From NCBI GenBank assembly GCA_963842525.1, contig CAWJGT010000023.1, forward strand, positions 96,001 through 160,000: a stretch of DNA of 64,000 nt, in the 5' to 3' direction. Positions 62,560 to 64,000 of the stretch are shown piece after piece. The number at the start of each line of letters is the position of its first letter. The first letter of the stretch is position 1. The translations under genes and the position numbers were made by a program. Under the pieces are notes generated by a model that was not told the origin of the DNA, searched no databases, and worked only from the letters and a program-made list of their open reading frames with translations. This stretch comes from an uncultured Holophagales bacterium (GTDB lineage: Bacteria > Acidobacteriota > Thermoanaerobaculia > Multivoradales > UBA5704).

Positions 62560-63993
62560 ATGAACGTTGATCTCTGGCCGCATCGGCTCTTCTGGATGGG
62601 GGATCCTCGGGCGGTGGCGTTTTTCAGTGTGAAAGTCCCGGTTGACGAGCTGGGACCCTGGCCCTGGGAGGAGTGGCGCCCCTGGCAGCAACGCTCGACA
62701 TCCACGAAGCTGCTCGATGGATGGTTCGGGAACAACAAGCAGCACCTCCGCCGCGACTCCTTCGCCGCTAGCAACCGCTTCTATGGCTGGCACCGCGCCC
62801 AGGAGTATGTCGTCCGCCTGGGTGCGACTTTTGTGGACATCGATTGTGGCCGCAGCGCCTTCGACCTTTCGGCCCTGGAGGCCGCGGACATTCTGGTCGG
62901 GCTCGTGGATCTCGGCTTGCTGGTGCAGCCTTCGATGTTCCAGTTCTCTGGCCGGGGCTTGTGGGCCTTCTGGCTCCTCCGCGACGAGGAAGACTCGAGC
63001 ACGACTCCTTTCGCGAACGCCCACAACCGGGAGCTGTGGACGTCGCTCCAGCAGCACACGGCCGACACGATCGCGGAGGCTTTCCCGAGCCTGAAGCTGG
63101 ACCGGCCGGCGGGCGAGCTCACCCGCGTGACTCGGCTGCATGGAAGTGTGAATCCCGCGGCTGGCCGGCGAGTGCGTTACGAGCTGCTCCCGAATGCGGC
63201 CGGCGAGCCGGTCCGCTACAGCCTGGAGGAGCTGGCCGATTTCTACGGCCTGTGGCGGCCTGGCCGTCTCCGGCCTCTCGACGAAGCCGAGGAGGACCGG
63301 CGAGATCTGGCGCTCGAAGCCCACCGCAGGCGAGAGGACGCGCGGGAGGAGGAACGCCAGCGGAAGGAGGCCGTCCAAGCAGGGGGCGGTCCGAGCCACT
63401 CGGAGCGGGGACGGCAGGGACACGTGAAGCTCTGGCGAAATCGGTTGCGCTTCCTCGATCGGGTGCGGGACGAAATCTATGGCGGTGTGATCCCCTGCGG
63501 CCACCGGTACCACATGCTCTCCGCCTATGCCTACTGCTACGCGAAGCTGATGCAGGATTTTTCGGAGCTGGCGGGCAAGGTGGCGACGATCGGCCGCAAG
63601 TACTGCGCGCAGCCGGCGGGAGACTTGATCACGGACGCCGAGCTGCGGCGGATCACGGCGCACGCCCTGGGATGGGCTCGGAGCGGGCACCAGATCACGA
63701 ATCGGAAGCTCGCGGCCTTTGCGGGCCTCGATCCGGTGGCGGACCGGGAACGGATTGAGCGGCTCGGCTTGAACCTCTCGACCGGCCCCAAAGGTCGGAA
63801 CGAGCGAACGCAGGCGCGGCGCGAGTTGGCGCGGGAGATTCTTCGGGCGGCGCTCGATCGCGGCGAAGATCCGCCAAGCGCGCGGAAGCTCGCGCAGGTT
63901 CTCACGGATCAGGGGTGCGCCACCGGGCGATCGACTGCGCATGCGCTCCTGGTGGAGCTTTCGGCGGAGCTCGGGCGCGGAGATGGCCCGTAG
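62560..63993 (+). CDS. Replication protein, AEP/RepB'-primase-like N-terminal domain with C-terminal HTH
   Basis: FVDID, QPS..FSGRGLWAFWLL, RVTRLHGSVN and a C-terminal PSARKLAQ..GRSTA helix-turn-helix. Confidence 0.6.
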   Translation: MNVDLWPHRLFWMGDPRAVAFFSVKVPVDELGPWPWEEWRPWQQRSTSTKLLDGWFGNNKQHLRRDSFAASNRFYGWHRAQEYVVRLGATFVDIDCGRSAFDLSALEAADILVGLVDLGLLVQPSMFQFSGRGLWAFWLLRDEEDSSTTPFANAHNRELWTSLQQHTADTIAEAFPSLKLDRPAGELTRVTRLHGSVNPAAGRRVRYELLPNAAGEPVRYSLEELADFYGLWRPGRLRPLDEAEEDRRDLALEAHRRREDAREEERQRKEAVQAGGGPSHSERGRQGHVKLWRNRLRFLDRVRDEIYGGVIPCGHRYHMLSAYAYCYAKLMQDFSELAGKVATIGRKYCAQPAGDLITDAELRRITAHALGWARSGHQITNRKLAAFAGLDPVADRERIERLGLNLSTGPKGRNERTQARRELAREILRAALDRGEDPPSARKLAQVLTDQGCATGRSTAHALLVELSAELGRGDGP

Positions 63994-64000
63994 ACGCGGC

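Larger units (their letters stand above)
58210..64000. mobile_element. Integrative element (integrated plasmid or satellite-like), continuing past the window; left boundary approximate
   Basis: Integrase, AlpA, XRE, repeat array and Rep genes; AT-richer intergenic DNA; abuts a housekeeping operon. Confidence 0.75.

Overview
This is high-GC DNA, probably Acidobacteriota (ADOP permease, CHAT/anti-sigma locus, SpoIVB plus beta-propeller pair), with three parts. (1) 696-45459 is a ~45 kb co-directional minus-strand run with very short gaps. Gene order: aceE-type dehydrogenase E1, a Tat-signal VOC protein resembling toxoflavin lyase TflA, an ADOP permease, a FAAL-initiated NRPS/PKS line, a ToxC-like WD40 protein, a degenerate RibB + intact GTP cyclohydrolase II + sulfotransferase fusion, DUF2332 and a GT4 glycosyltransferase. 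The predicted backbone is acyl-Asp-Val-Val-Arg?-Glu*-[malonyl, KR/DH]-X; there are two SyrP-like hydroxylases, an interface domain, an embedded FkbM methyltransferase and no thioesterase. The best candidate for an undescribed system is this pairing of toxoflavin/azapteridine-type genes with a TE-less lipopeptide assembly line. (2) 45.5-58.2 kb holds a sigma4-only / anti-sigma / CHAT protease / small Pro-rich peptide / second caspase-fold protease locus, then housekeeping genes (add, coaD, SpoIVB-like, tsaC). (3) 58.3-64 kb is an integrative element (integrase, AlpA, XRE, 33-bp repeat array, AEP-like Rep) carrying an IS110 whose non-coding end contains segments matching its own insertion flanks (candidate bridge RNA). 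Several 1-bp indels look like assembly errors. All family assignments come from motif recognition and recall, not database searches.
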